In this document: positions 27,238-36,922 of the stretch, piece by piece
Numbering within the stretch: position 1 is the first letter of the stretch
Layout: every line of letters starts with the position of its first letter
Assembly: GCA_965603015.1 (NCBI GenBank)
Contig: CBFDBJ010000002.1
Location: 29,802 to 93,801, forward strand
From: an uncultured Alphaproteobacteria bacterium
GTDB lineage: Bacteria; Pseudomonadota; Alphaproteobacteria; M2410
Reading direction: 5' to 3'
Length of the DNA: 64,000 bases
Made by a program: the position numbers and the translations under genes
Notes under the pieces: generated by a model
Seen by the model: only the letters and a program-made list of their open reading frames with translations
Database searches by the model: none
Told to the model about the DNA's origin: nothing

Positions 27238-28725
27238 ATGGCGACCTATGCCAATATTCTCAAAACCGTCGGAAATACGCCGATTGTTAAAATCAACAAG
27301 CTCGCCCCGGATCATGTCGATCTCTACGTCAAGGTCGAGGCGTTCAATCCAATGGGGTCCGTCAAGGACCGGCTCGCCCTCGGGGTCATCGAGGCGGCCG
27401 AGAAAGATGGCTCGCTGAAGCCTGGCCAGACAATCGTTGAAGCCACCAGCGGCAACACCGGTATTGGTCTTGCCATGGTCTGCGCCCAGAAAGGCTACCC
27501 CCTCGTCGTCACCATGGCGGAAAGCTTCAGTGTCGAACGCCGCCGTTTGATGCGCTACCTCGGAGCCCAGGTCGTCCTGACCCCGGCGGCGCAGAAAGGC
27601 ACCGGCATGCTCAACAAGGCCAAGGAGCTGGCCGACAAACATGGCTGGTTCCTGACCCGCCAGTTTGAAAATGAAGCCAACGCCGATATCCATTCCCGGA
27701 CAACAGCGCCTGAAATTCTTGCCGACTTTGAAGGCAAACGCCTCGACTATTGGGTCACAGGCTTTGGCTCCGGCGGCACGCTCAAGGGTGTCGCCCGCAC
27801 TCTCAAGGCGGCCAGACCCGACATCAAGATTGTCGCGACCGAACCGGAAAACTCGGTGCTGCTCAACTCCGGCATCATTCAGGCCAACAATGACGATGGC
27901 TCGCCGGCAGAAAGCCACCCGGGCTTCCGGCCGCATCTCATGCAGGGCTGGTCACCCGACTTCGTTTCCAAGCTCGCCAGTGATGCTCTGGCCGCGGACC
28001 TGATCGATGAATTCATGCCGGTCAATGGCGAAGAATCCCTGCAGCTGGCAAAGGCGCTGGCACAGCAGGAAGGTATTTTCTGCGGCATCACCAGTGGCGC
28101 TACTTTTGCCGGAGCGCTTCAGATAGCCAACAAGGCACCCGAAGGGTCGGTTATTGTCTGTATGCTGCCCGATACGGGCGAGCGCTATCTGACGACCCAG
28201 CTGTTTGATGGCATTGAAACAGACATGTCGGATGAGGAAGTGGTCATCTCCAAATCGACACCCGGCTATCGCTTCGATGTATCAACACCTGCCGCTCCTG
28301 CCGGCGACACGCCGCCTGCCCCCGCGGCAAAGGCCGAAGCCGTTTCTTTTGTCGATGAAGTCGTTGGTGACGCGAAAGAACCGGTCGTTCTTTTTGCCCT
28401 TGAGTGGTGTGAGTTCTGCTGGTCGGTTCGCAAGATGTTTGCCGAAACCGGTATCGCCTATCGCTCCATCGACCTCGATTCGGTTGAATATCAAAAGGAC
28501 AATTGGGGCGGCGATATTCGCGGCGCTTTACTAGAGCGGCTTGGTTCTCCCACCATCCCGCAAATCTTTGTCGGCGGCGAATATATCGGCGGCGCCACAG
28601 AGACCTTCGACGCGTTCAATGACGGCGGCCTGCAAAAATTGCTTGAAAAAAATGCCGTCACCTGGGACAAGTCCAGGGACCTGGACGCCTACTCCTTCCT
28701 GCCAAAGTGGCTGGTTCCGCGATAG
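27238..28725 (+). CDS. cysK: Cysteine synthase fused to a C-terminal glutaredoxin domain
   Basis: NPMGSVKDR, EATSGNTG and LPDTGERYL, then an Ala/Pro linker, then WCEFC...TIPQIFVGGEYIGG. Confidence 0.88.
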   Translation: MATYANILKTVGNTPIVKINKLAPDHVDLYVKVEAFNPMGSVKDRLALGVIEAAEKDGSLKPGQTIVEATSGNTGIGLAMVCAQKGYPLVVTMAESFSVERRRLMRYLGAQVVLTPAAQKGTGMLNKAKELADKHGWFLTRQFENEANADIHSRTTAPEILADFEGKRLDYWVTGFGSGGTLKGVARTLKAARPDIKIVATEPENSVLLNSGIIQANNDDGSPAESHPGFRPHLMQGWSPDFVSKLASDALAADLIDEFMPVNGEESLQLAKALAQQEGIFCGITSGATFAGALQIANKAPEGSVIVCMLPDTGERYLTTQLFDGIETDMSDEEVVISKSTPGYRFDVSTPAAPAGDTPPAPAAKAEAVSFVDEVVGDAKEPVVLFALEWCEFCWSVRKMFAETGIAYRSIDLDSVEYQKDNWGGDIRGALLERLGSPTIPQIFVGGEYIGGATETFDAFNDGGLQKLLEKNAVTWDKSRDLDAYSFLPKWLVPR

Positions 28726-28753
28726 AGCAAACCTTCAAGTGTGAGTAAGGACT

Positions 28754-30166
28754 ATGACCAGTCAAAATGAGTTCAAGGCCGCGGCGATGCGGGCACTGGA
28801 AAAGGCTATCGCCTGGCGCGAGGATGGCCCCAAACTTCCGGCCATCCCGACCGCCACCGCGCAAGAGCTGCGTGCACTCTTTGATATCGGCCTGCCGGAT
28901 GACGGCAGAGACGGCGTCGCGGTGATCGACGACCTCGCGGCAGCTGCCGAGAGGGGATTGGTCAACAACACCCACACCAATTTCTATGCCTGGGTCCAGG
29001 GCGGCTCTCACCCGGTCGGCGTTGCGGCAGACTATCTGACCTCGGCCTGGGGTCAGAACGCCGGCATCTATCAAACCGCCCCCGCCGCAGCGATTGCCGA
29101 AGAGATCGCCGCCAAATGGCTGCTTGATCTGCTTCACCTGCCTGAAACATCCTCGGTTGCCTTTGCCACCGGGGCAACCATGGCCAGCTTTATCTGTCTT
29201 TCTGCGGCGCGCAGCGAAGTTCTGAAACGCGCAGGCTATGACCTTGAGGAAGAAGGTCTCATCGGCGCACCACAGATCCATCTCTTTCTCGGTGAAGAGG
29301 CTCATGCCACCATCCATGCTGATCTGCGCTATCTTGGCTTTGGACGAAAGAACCTGGTCAGTGTCCGCTGCGATGAGGAAGGCCGCATGATAGCCTCCGA
29401 TCTTGCAGAAAAAATGGCGCTCCACGCCGGGCCGAAGATCGTCGTTGTCCAGGCCGGTCATATCAATTCCGGCGCCTTTGATCCCTTCACGGAAATTATG
29501 CCCATTGCCAGAAGTCACAACGCCTGGGTCCATGTCGACGGCGCCTTCGGCCTTTGGGCGCGGACGGTGCCGCAGCTGGCGCATTATGGTGAAGGTCTGG
29601 AACAGGCAGACTCCTGGACCGTCGACGGTCACAAGTGGCTGCAAGTGCCTTACGACTCAGGCTTTGCCATCATCAATAATGAAGCGGCGCATCTGCGCGC
29701 CATGGGTATTACCGCAAGCTACATCGCAGGGCGCCCCGAAGATGGACGCCACCCGTCTTACTATGTTCCGGAGCTGTCCCGCCGCGCACGCGGCTTTGCC
29801 GTCTGGGCCGTCCTCCAGGCCCTGGGCCGCAAGGGCGTCGAGGAAATGATCGCGCGCCACTGTCACTGCGCCCGCCACCTCGAAGCAAAACTCAAAGACA
29901 TCCCCGGCATTCGCATCCTCAATGAGGTTGCCCTCAATCAACTCGCCATTGCCTTTGGCGAGGGTGAACCGCTCGAGAAATGCGATGCCATGACCAAAAA
30001 GGTTATCGAGAAGATCCGCGAGGAAAATCTGAACTTCGTATTAGGTGCGACCTGGAAGGGTCAGCAGATCCTCAGAATTTCCATCATCTCCCGACAGACA
30101 GACACAGGAGATATAGATATCCTTGCCGACTCAATTTTGCGGGCATGGGACATGGTGCGGCACTGA
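28754..30166 (+). CDS. Group II PLP-dependent decarboxylase
   Basis: WVHVDGAFG, DGHKWLQVPYD and ELSRRARG. Confidence 0.88.
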   Translation: MTSQNEFKAAAMRALEKAIAWREDGPKLPAIPTATAQELRALFDIGLPDDGRDGVAVIDDLAAAAERGLVNNTHTNFYAWVQGGSHPVGVAADYLTSAWGQNAGIYQTAPAAAIAEEIAAKWLLDLLHLPETSSVAFATGATMASFICLSAARSEVLKRAGYDLEEEGLIGAPQIHLFLGEEAHATIHADLRYLGFGRKNLVSVRCDEEGRMIASDLAEKMALHAGPKIVVVQAGHINSGAFDPFTEIMPIARSHNAWVHVDGAFGLWARTVPQLAHYGEGLEQADSWTVDGHKWLQVPYDSGFAIINNEAAHLRAMGITASYIAGRPEDGRHPSYYVPELSRRARGFAVWAVLQALGRKGVEEMIARHCHCARHLEAKLKDIPGIRILNEVALNQLAIAFGEGEPLEKCDAMTKKVIEKIREENLNFVLGATWKGQQILRISIISRQTDTGDIDILADSILRAWDMVRH

Positions 30167-30169
30167 CCG

Positions 30170-30688
30170 CTAGCCGTCGCGTTCAAATGTCAGTTCAACT
30201 TCGCAGTCACAGACGTCAATGGGCGTGGAATTGCTTCTGGCAGGTCTAAAACGCCAACGTTCCACAGCATGAATACTCGCTCGATCAAAAACCTCGGACG
30301 GCATTCCTTCTGCGGTAACACTTGATGCCAGCCCGTCGATCCCAACACAAAAGTTTGCCACAACCATGTGGATAGGCAGATCATCCCTCAGATCAAAGGG
30401 CCATGAAGGTACAATCCTTACCTGGACTTCAGGTGGTTTGTATTCGGCGATACCATCACTGTCGCAGGCAACTTGCTGTCCCGGAAATCGGTCCGGCGCC
30501 TCACAGTTGAAATCTCCTCCCACGCAGAACGGGTATCTGGTTTCCGTTTCAGTATCTGGCCGTCGTTTACGAACAACCTCTCCATTCCCATCGGTTCGCA
30601 GTTCAACCGAACCGAACCAGGTCGAAAACAGAATGGCGCCACTGGTGACAAGTGCTGCTGCAATAAATGCTGCCACTAACAGGCGCAT
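30170..30688 (-). CDS. TonB C-terminal domain protein
   Basis: N-terminal TM helix and VFDRASIHAVERWRFRPA. Confidence 0.65.
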   Translation of the reverse strand: MRLLVAAFIAAALVTSGAILFSTWFGSVELRTDGNGEVVRKRRPDTETETRYPFCVGGDFNCEAPDRFPGQQVACDSDGIAEYKPPEVQVRIVPSWPFDLRDDLPIHMVVANFCVGIDGLASSVTAEGMPSEVFDRASIHAVERWRFRPARSNSTPIDVCDCEVELTFERDG

Positions 30689-30776
30689 GTTGGTTCCCCC
30701 GACTTGTAGTATCAAGGAAGAGCCTAGGGTTGTATCCTCTTATGCGCAAGCGGGAAGACGGCGTGACAGCACAAAT

Positions 30777-30819
30777 CCCTCACCCTGAGGAGCCGCCCTG
30801 GGCGGCGTCTCGAAGGGTG
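30777..30819. repeat. Alphaproteobacterial intergenic palindromic repeat
   Basis: CCCTCACCCTGAGGAGCCGCCCTGGGCGGCGTCTCGAAGGGTG, which resembles rhizobial CCTGAGG...TCTCGAAGG repeats. Confidence 0.65.
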
Positions 30820-30923
30820 CCAGGCCTGGAAAATTCGCAGAAATCAAAGGATTTCACCACCTTGCATCACCCCGGGCGAGCGACTATTATGGTAAAGGGT
30901 GCAATGGACGCGGGGATATTGGC

Positions 30924-32114
30924 ATGAACAAGGGGTTGCTTCGGACAATATTTGCCATTGCAGCCAGCTATCTTTATGCGGCCCAGGCTGTTGCGCTTGA
31001 TCTTGACGACCCCTGCCGGACACCTGAAATCCAGGACACAAAGACCGCCCTCTTTGAACCGGACCGCTACGCCTGGGATCTTTTCAGAGAGCTCAATCAT
31101 CCGGCACGGCTGTGGAGCAAATGCCCCGACCCGGCGAAAGAGTTTGGCGAGGATGGACCGGTCGTCTGGGAGACCTGGCGCAACATAGCAACAGATGCCG
31201 AGCGCTCGGTGTTCCCCCCGCGTGCAGGGCATCCCGGGCCCTGGCGCACACCGTCACCGGACAAATTTGAAGTCGCAAGTCTGTTCGAGGGCACATCGCA
31301 ACCGGTCGTCCGTACACTGGCGGATCTCATCGCGCCGGTGATCCAGCGCCGCTCCTCCCGAGACAGAGTAAAATTCTCCCACTCCCTGTGGCGTCAGAGG
31401 CACAATGCAGTGGTTGCCAAAAATGCCAATGAGGATCGCGAGGGCACCGAGGTCCGCATCAACCGGGACGCCTACCTCCATATTCGCGACAACGAGCTTT
31501 ATAACCGCGACACCCTGACAGCCCTTGCCGCCAAAGGCAGCGCCGCCAGCCTGAACCTGCCGCCCGAAACCAAGGAAATCAAGGCGCGCTGGCTGGAGAT
31601 TGAAGAACAGGACAAACCACGCTTCCATTGGGTCGAGTTTGAAAACGAGGATGGCACGCGCCAGACCTGGGGCCTCACCGCGCTCCACATTTCAACCAAA
31701 GACCTGCCAAACTGGTTCTGGACCACCTTTGAACATGTCGATACCAGAGAAGATTGGGTCAACGATTCCGTCGACGCATATTCCTGCCCCGATAATCCGA
31801 TCAATTGCGACGCGGTGCCTGATGAAGTCAAGGGCACCAAATGGGAGAATTACCGCCTCAGAGGAACCCAGGTTAATTTCGTCGACTCCCTCGGCAAGGA
31901 CACAAGGCTCGCCAACGCCCAGATCGAGGCCAATGTTGAAACGGTCTCTTCCTGCATCACCTGCCACGCCGAAGCCGCCATAAAATCCGACGGCGAACAC
32001 TTCGTCCCGTCAGATCCCTACCTTGGCGTGCCGAAGTCAGCGGGCATCGACAATCTCATGCAAACCGATTTCATGTTCGCCTTCGAGCGCGCAAGTTCAC
32101 CATCCGACGACTAG
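30924..32114 (+). CDS. Secreted hypothetical protein with one C-terminal c-heme motif
   Basis: Signal peptide AQAVA, LHISTKDLPNWFWTTFEH and CITCH. Confidence 0.7.
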   Translation: MNKGLLRTIFAIAASYLYAAQAVALDLDDPCRTPEIQDTKTALFEPDRYAWDLFRELNHPARLWSKCPDPAKEFGEDGPVVWETWRNIATDAERSVFPPRAGHPGPWRTPSPDKFEVASLFEGTSQPVVRTLADLIAPVIQRRSSRDRVKFSHSLWRQRHNAVVAKNANEDREGTEVRINRDAYLHIRDNELYNRDTLTALAAKGSAASLNLPPETKEIKARWLEIEEQDKPRFHWVEFENEDGTRQTWGLTALHISTKDLPNWFWTTFEHVDTREDWVNDSVDAYSCPDNPINCDAVPDEVKGTKWENYRLRGTQVNFVDSLGKDTRLANAQIEANVETVSSCITCHAEAAIKSDGEHFVPSDPYLGVPKSAGIDNLMQTDFMFAFERASSPSDD

Positions 32115-32131
32115 ACAGGTCGGAAAAACGC

Positions 32132-33214
32132 CTACAACAAATCCCGCTCTTCAATCTCATCTGACCCTTCAGGCAGACTCAACATAAAACCATCCGTACC
32201 GATCTTGATCGGACCGTCATATCGCTTTGGCGCATCGCCAAGAAAGGCCTTGTCAAAGAAGCGGGGCAACGGCGGCACGATGTGATAAAGCAGCAGATAA
32301 TCCGCCCCGGCCTCCTGGGCGATAAATGCGGCCTGTTCCGGGCTGGTGTGATAATCGAGAATATCATGCATGATTTTCGCCATGCCTTTGGCCCCGCGGT
32401 CGCGCGCGCTCGCCTCAAAGCGCTCGATTATGACCGGCTGCAGGGCTTCATGCACCAGTACATCAGCGCCCTTCGCCATTGCGGTAACATTGGGCGAGGG
32501 TGATGTATCGCCGCTGATGACAACAGACCGGCCCTTGTAGTCGAACCGGTAACCCACCGCCGGTGATATGGGTGCGTGGTCGACATTAAACGCTGTGACC
32601 GTCAGACCGTTCGCTTCAAGAATAACCTGAGACGCCATCGGGTCGCTCCCCAGGTCATAGGGAACGGCACGCCCGCCGCTGCCAGAGGGCGGCGCGATGC
32701 CTTCGCCATGATGAGCGGTCCGATAGAGCGCATCCAGCGCGTAGGCCTCGGCCAAACCGTTGACCACGCGCTCAACTCCTGGAGGTCCATAAACCGGTAC
32801 CGGCTCTGTCTGCCGGGCCTGGACCCAGCGGTTCATCATCAATTCGCCCAGCCCGTCGATGTGGTCAGAATGAAAATGGCTGAGAAAAATCCCCTTGATA
32901 GCGCCCCTCGGCAAGCCCATGGACCCGAGGGTTCCCGGTGACCCGGCGCCGCTGTCCACTATATAGAAATCACGCCCCGCGATAACAAAGACGCAAGGAC
33001 CCCGTCGATCCCGGTTGGGAAAGGGTCCGGCAGACCCGCACAAGCCCACATGCAGGCCCTCGGGGAATTCAGCAAAGATATCGCGCCCCATATTCTGTTC
33101 AAGCTGCCGGTCAAGCAGCGCCATCGCAATCGGCTTTTGAAACACCTTGATCCCTATAAGGCCGACCACGGCGAGCCCCACAATACCAGTCAGAATTTTC
33201 AAACCCGTCTTCAT
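32132..33214 (-). CDS. MBL-fold hydrolase (RNase Z/arylsulfatase-like) with an N-terminal anchor
   Basis: HFHSDH, SGDT, HEA and DYHT. Confidence 0.85.
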   Translation of the reverse strand: MKTGLKILTGIVGLAVVGLIGIKVFQKPIAMALLDRQLEQNMGRDIFAEFPEGLHVGLCGSAGPFPNRDRRGPCVFVIAGRDFYIVDSGAGSPGTLGSMGLPRGAIKGIFLSHFHSDHIDGLGELMMNRWVQARQTEPVPVYGPPGVERVVNGLAEAYALDALYRTAHHGEGIAPPSGSGGRAVPYDLGSDPMASQVILEANGLTVTAFNVDHAPISPAVGYRFDYKGRSVVISGDTSPSPNVTAMAKGADVLVHEALQPVIIERFEASARDRGAKGMAKIMHDILDYHTSPEQAAFIAQEAGADYLLLYHIVPPLPRFFDKAFLGDAPKRYDGPIKIGTDGFMLSLPEGSDEIEERDLL

Positions 33215-33239
33215 CAGTCGCTCCAGAAAAGTTGCGGCG

Positions 33240-33869
33240 CTATCGCTTGCGGCCATAAATGAGAATATCAGTAAACGCCGTTGCAAGACCAAGAACCAGC
33301 AACAGCAGCAGACGCGGATCACTCAGATAGAGTGTCGCCTCGACCGGATAGGCGATGGTCTTGGTCAAGGCCGCCAGCTTGAAGTCGTGGCGCGGTCCGA
33401 TCGCCGGATTGGTCACAATCTCAACGAAAGTCCTGCGACTGCGATAGCGAAACAAAGCCGCCTGATCCCAGTTTTCCGCACCCTCGATGCCGGATATATC
33501 CATCGCAGGCCCTGCGACCCTGCCAAAAAACGCGGGATGACAGGCGCGCGATAACAGTTCCCGATACATGTGTTCCATGTAGTGGTTCATATAGTCGTCC
33601 GCTGTCGCATCCGGCCCAAAGCCTTCCATCGGCGGCGGGGTCTCGTTCATGTCGATATTGTTGACCATCAAAAACTGGCGCCCTGTATCGTTCGCAAGGA
33701 AGCTTTGCATCCGGCTTTTTTGTTCAGGTTCCATACCGCGTTTCTCGAAGTGTGCCATGGCCTCGGCAACTTCTTCTTCCGACAGCGGCCCGCCAAAGTC
33801 CGTGTACCACAGCGTAAAACCCACATAGAGCGCGGCGGGAATGCTCCAGAGTAACAAGCGCCTGTTCAT
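33240..33869 (-). CDS. Hypothetical membrane-anchored protein (DUF1330-like)
   Basis: FLMVN and WDQAALFRYRSRR; TM segments at both ends. Confidence 0.65.
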   Translation of the reverse strand: MNRRLLLWSIPAALYVGFTLWYTDFGGPLSEEEVAEAMAHFEKRGMEPEQKSRMQSFLANDTGRQFLMVNNIDMNETPPPMEGFGPDATADDYMNHYMEHMYRELLSRACHPAFFGRVAGPAMDISGIEGAENWDQAALFRYRSRRTFVEIVTNPAIGPRHDFKLAALTKTIAYPVEATLYLSDPRLLLLLVLGLATAFTDILIYGRKR

Positions 33870-33889
33870 GTCTCGTCCCCTTGATGTGT

Positions 33890-34942
33890 TTAGGCAAAAA
33901 GCTGCAAAACGCCCGTGCCGTCAAGAACCCCGTCGACACGGGCGCGATCCTTGTCGCCGAGCGCCGCATAGGCCTCGCGCAGCCACTGCAGACATTTGGC
34001 CTGATAGGTAAACGGGTTTTGCTCCCACTGCCCGCCATCAAGCACCATTTCCAGCTTGTTGGCCTTTTCCATCACAGCCTTTGCATTGCCGATCAGATAG
34101 GGGGCATAGATCTGGCCAACCTCGGCCAGAATATCTTTCAGGGTCTCCGGCGGATTATCAATGTCGAGCCAATCCTCGTCAGACACCTGATAGCCGGAAA
34201 GGTCTTCCACCACTTCAACCCAGGCATAAACGCGAGGGCATTCCTCAAGAATAATCGCCTGCGGCGTCGGATCGAACAGCGCCAGGCAGGTCAGCTGGCC
34301 ATAGATGGCAAAATCAGCCGAGCCCGGCCGTTCGCCCATCAGGAAGGGATGTTCGGTCAGATGCCTGTCGAGCAAATGAATGAAACGCTTGAAGCTGGCC
34401 TCGATAACCGGCTTTGTCACCTCATTTGAGCCGACATAGGACAGCCGCGCAATTTGTCGCTCGCGAATGAAATCACCCATGGCCCGCGCCTTCTCTTCGG
34501 GCTGATTAATCCCGCCCCAACGTGGCAGAATATCCCCGGCCTTTTTGATATCGGCATCATAATACCAGCGATAATGAAACATCGCCTTGGTCAGCCATTC
34601 GTCGCCGTAGTCTTCCAGCAGCATATCAATGAAGGCAAGCGCCGGATCAGACGGAATAATCGAACGCCCGTCATACTCCGTCTCGAACCGCCGGATCAGC
34701 GGAGAGGAATCCGTGACAGCCACTTCCTCGCCCTTGTCGTTCTGGAAGTAGTAGGTCGGCAGCAACGAGACCTTTGGCTGGGCCCGGGTCTTGTAGTGCG
34801 GGTTGTCGGCCCCCTTCATGATGCGCGACTGGCGTTCCAGCCGATAAGGGATATTGCGAAACCGCATAACGCCGAGCATCTTGCGTGTATAGGGCGACCC
34901 CGGCGCGCCCATCAACTCCTGAACCGGCCGATCTTCTGGCAT
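33890..34942 (-). CDS. Glutathione S-transferase family protein
   Basis: GSPYTRK, TDSSPLI and FLMGERPGSADFAIYGQL. Confidence 0.85.
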   Translation of the reverse strand: MPEDRPVQELMGAPGSPYTRKMLGVMRFRNIPYRLERQSRIMKGADNPHYKTRAQPKVSLLPTYYFQNDKGEEVAVTDSSPLIRRFETEYDGRSIIPSDPALAFIDMLLEDYGDEWLTKAMFHYRWYYDADIKKAGDILPRWGGINQPEEKARAMGDFIRERQIARLSYVGSNEVTKPVIEASFKRFIHLLDRHLTEHPFLMGERPGSADFAIYGQLTCLALFDPTPQAIILEECPRVYAWVEVVEDLSGYQVSDEDWLDIDNPPETLKDILAEVGQIYAPYLIGNAKAVMEKANKLEMVLDGGQWEQNPFTYQAKCLQWLREAYAALGDKDRARVDGVLDGTGVLQLFA

Positions 34943-35030
34943 ATCTTCCCCTTCACGGTTTTTCTGAACTGCCCCGGATTCAAACGATGGTCGACAGAAC
35001 GAGACCACTGGGACTAATCTGTTGACTCAA

Positions 35031-35069
35031 GTCTATTGTTTTGACGTTATAAGTGTCAATTGTTTTGAC
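35031..35069. promoter_or_regulatory. Tandem operator-like repeats between divergent GST and sulfatase genes
   Basis: GTCTATTGTTTTGAC (35031) and GTCAATTGTTTTGAC (35055), each approximating GTCAA-N5-TTGAC. Confidence 0.6.
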
Positions 35070-35085
35070 AGGCAGGGGTTGGTAT

Positions 35086-36888
35086 ATGACGCGACGAATA
35101 GAGTTCGGACTTGTAGTTGCAAGTGCCGCAATTATAGCCTCAGTCGTGAGCAACCCGCATCGTGCGCAGGCCGAAGCAATCGCGCCGCGCCCCAACATCG
35201 TCCTCATCCTCGCCGATGATCTGGGCTATACGGATATTTCCACCTTCGGCGGTGAAATCTCGACCCCCAATATCGCCGCCCTGGCGCAACAGGGCATCAG
35301 CTTCACCAACTATCATACCGCCGCAAGCTGCGCGCCGACCCGGGCCATGCTCCTCACCGGCGTCGACAGTCATCGCAACGGCGTGCCTAATATTCCCGAA
35401 GCCCTGCCACCGGAGCAAAAGAAACACGCCAACTACCAGGGTGTGCTCGGCGATAATGTGGTGACCGTCGCCACGCTTCTCAGAGAGGCCGGCTACCACA
35501 CCTATATGACCGGCAAATGGCATCTTGGCAAAACGCCGGAGCTTTTGCCCTCGGCGCGCGGCTTTGATCGCACCATAGCCATGGCCGATACCGGCGCCGA
35601 CAACTGGGAACAAAAACCCTATCTGCCGATCTACAAAAAGGCCAACTGGTTTGCCGACGGCAAGGAACATACTCTGCCGGAAGGTTTCTACTCGTCAAAA
35701 TATTTCATCGACAAGTCGATCGAGTTCATCGAGTCAAATCGCGCCGACGGAAAACCGTTCTTTGCCTATATCCCCTTCCAGGCCGTTCACATCCCCGTCC
35801 AGGCCCCAAGGGAGTTCACCGAAAAATACCTCGGCGCCTATGACGAAGGCTGGACGGTCCTGCGCGAGCGCCGCCGCCAGGCCGCAGTGCGCCTTGGTAT
35901 TGTCCCGCCCGAGACCGAAACTGTGGTGACCCCGGGAACCCTCGACTGGGAGGCCCTCACAGAAGAGGAAAAGCGCTACCAGTCCAAACGCATGGCGGTC
36001 TATGCCGGCATGGTCGATGCCATGGACACCCACATCGGCCGCCTCATTGCTTACCTCAAGGAGACCGGCGAGTACGACAACACAATATTCATTTTCACCT
36101 CCGACAACGGACCCGAAGGCTCTGAACCTGTCGGCCTCAATGGCAGTGCTCTGCTTGAACGCTGGATGAAAAAAGTCGGCTACAACACGGATTATGAGAC
36201 CCTCGGCGAAAAAGGCAGCTTCAACGCCATAGGCCCATCAAATGCCACAGTCGCCGCCTCGCCGCTGGCTTACTACAAGTTCTACTCAGGTGACGGCGGT
36301 ATGCGTGTCCCGCTCATCATCTCGGGACCAGGCGTCACCGCGCAAGGCACCTTAAGCAGCGCCCTCACCTGGGTCACCGACATCACACCGACCATCCTCG
36401 GGTTTGCCGATGTGCGTGATCACGGCGGCACCTTCGCAGACAGGCCCGTCGAGCCCATCATCGGCAAGGATCTTGGCAGCCTGACCTCAGGGATGGCAAC
36501 TGCCGTGCGCCGCAGCGATGAGATCATCGGCTATGAGCTCGGCGGCAACCGCGCCTTGCTCAAGGGTGATCACAAGATTACTTTTAATCGCAGCCCGCGC
36601 GGCGACGGCATCTGGCATCTGTTCAATATAGCAACCGATCCAGGCGAGGCCCACGACCTCCGCGAAACCCATCCGGAGCTACTTGCCGCCATGCTCGCCG
36701 ACTATGAGGCCTGGGCTGCGGACAACAACGTTTTGCCGGTAGCCGACGACTACGATCAGGTCAAACAGGTCTTCCTCAATGGCATGAAACAGATCTATGG
36801 TCCCCGGATTAAACTGGCAGCAATCGCCATCCTGGCTCTGCTTGGACTTGGCGGCGCCTGGTTCATCAGGCGACGCCGGACCTCATAA
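35086..36888 (+). CDS. Arylsulfatase (formylglycine type) with a C-terminal membrane anchor
   Basis: ILADDLG, CAPTR (CxPxR), GKWHLG and SDNG. Confidence 0.92.
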   Translation: MTRRIEFGLVVASAAIIASVVSNPHRAQAEAIAPRPNIVLILADDLGYTDISTFGGEISTPNIAALAQQGISFTNYHTAASCAPTRAMLLTGVDSHRNGVPNIPEALPPEQKKHANYQGVLGDNVVTVATLLREAGYHTYMTGKWHLGKTPELLPSARGFDRTIAMADTGADNWEQKPYLPIYKKANWFADGKEHTLPEGFYSSKYFIDKSIEFIESNRADGKPFFAYIPFQAVHIPVQAPREFTEKYLGAYDEGWTVLRERRRQAAVRLGIVPPETETVVTPGTLDWEALTEEEKRYQSKRMAVYAGMVDAMDTHIGRLIAYLKETGEYDNTIFIFTSDNGPEGSEPVGLNGSALLERWMKKVGYNTDYETLGEKGSFNAIGPSNATVAASPLAYYKFYSGDGGMRVPLIISGPGVTAQGTLSSALTWVTDITPTILGFADVRDHGGTFADRPVEPIIGKDLGSLTSGMATAVRRSDEIIGYELGGNRALLKGDHKITFNRSPRGDGIWHLFNIATDPGEAHDLRETHPELLAAMLADYEAWAADNNVLPVADDYDQVKQVFLNGMKQIYGPRIKLAAIAILALLGLGGAWFIRRRRTS

Positions 36889-36922
36889 TTTCTCGTTCCT
36901 CCCAAAACAACAGGCGCTCCCC

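Noticed and set aside
27208-29644. 242-aa and 328-aa minus-strand ORFs
   Set aside because: Antisense shadows of the cysK fusion and the decarboxylase.
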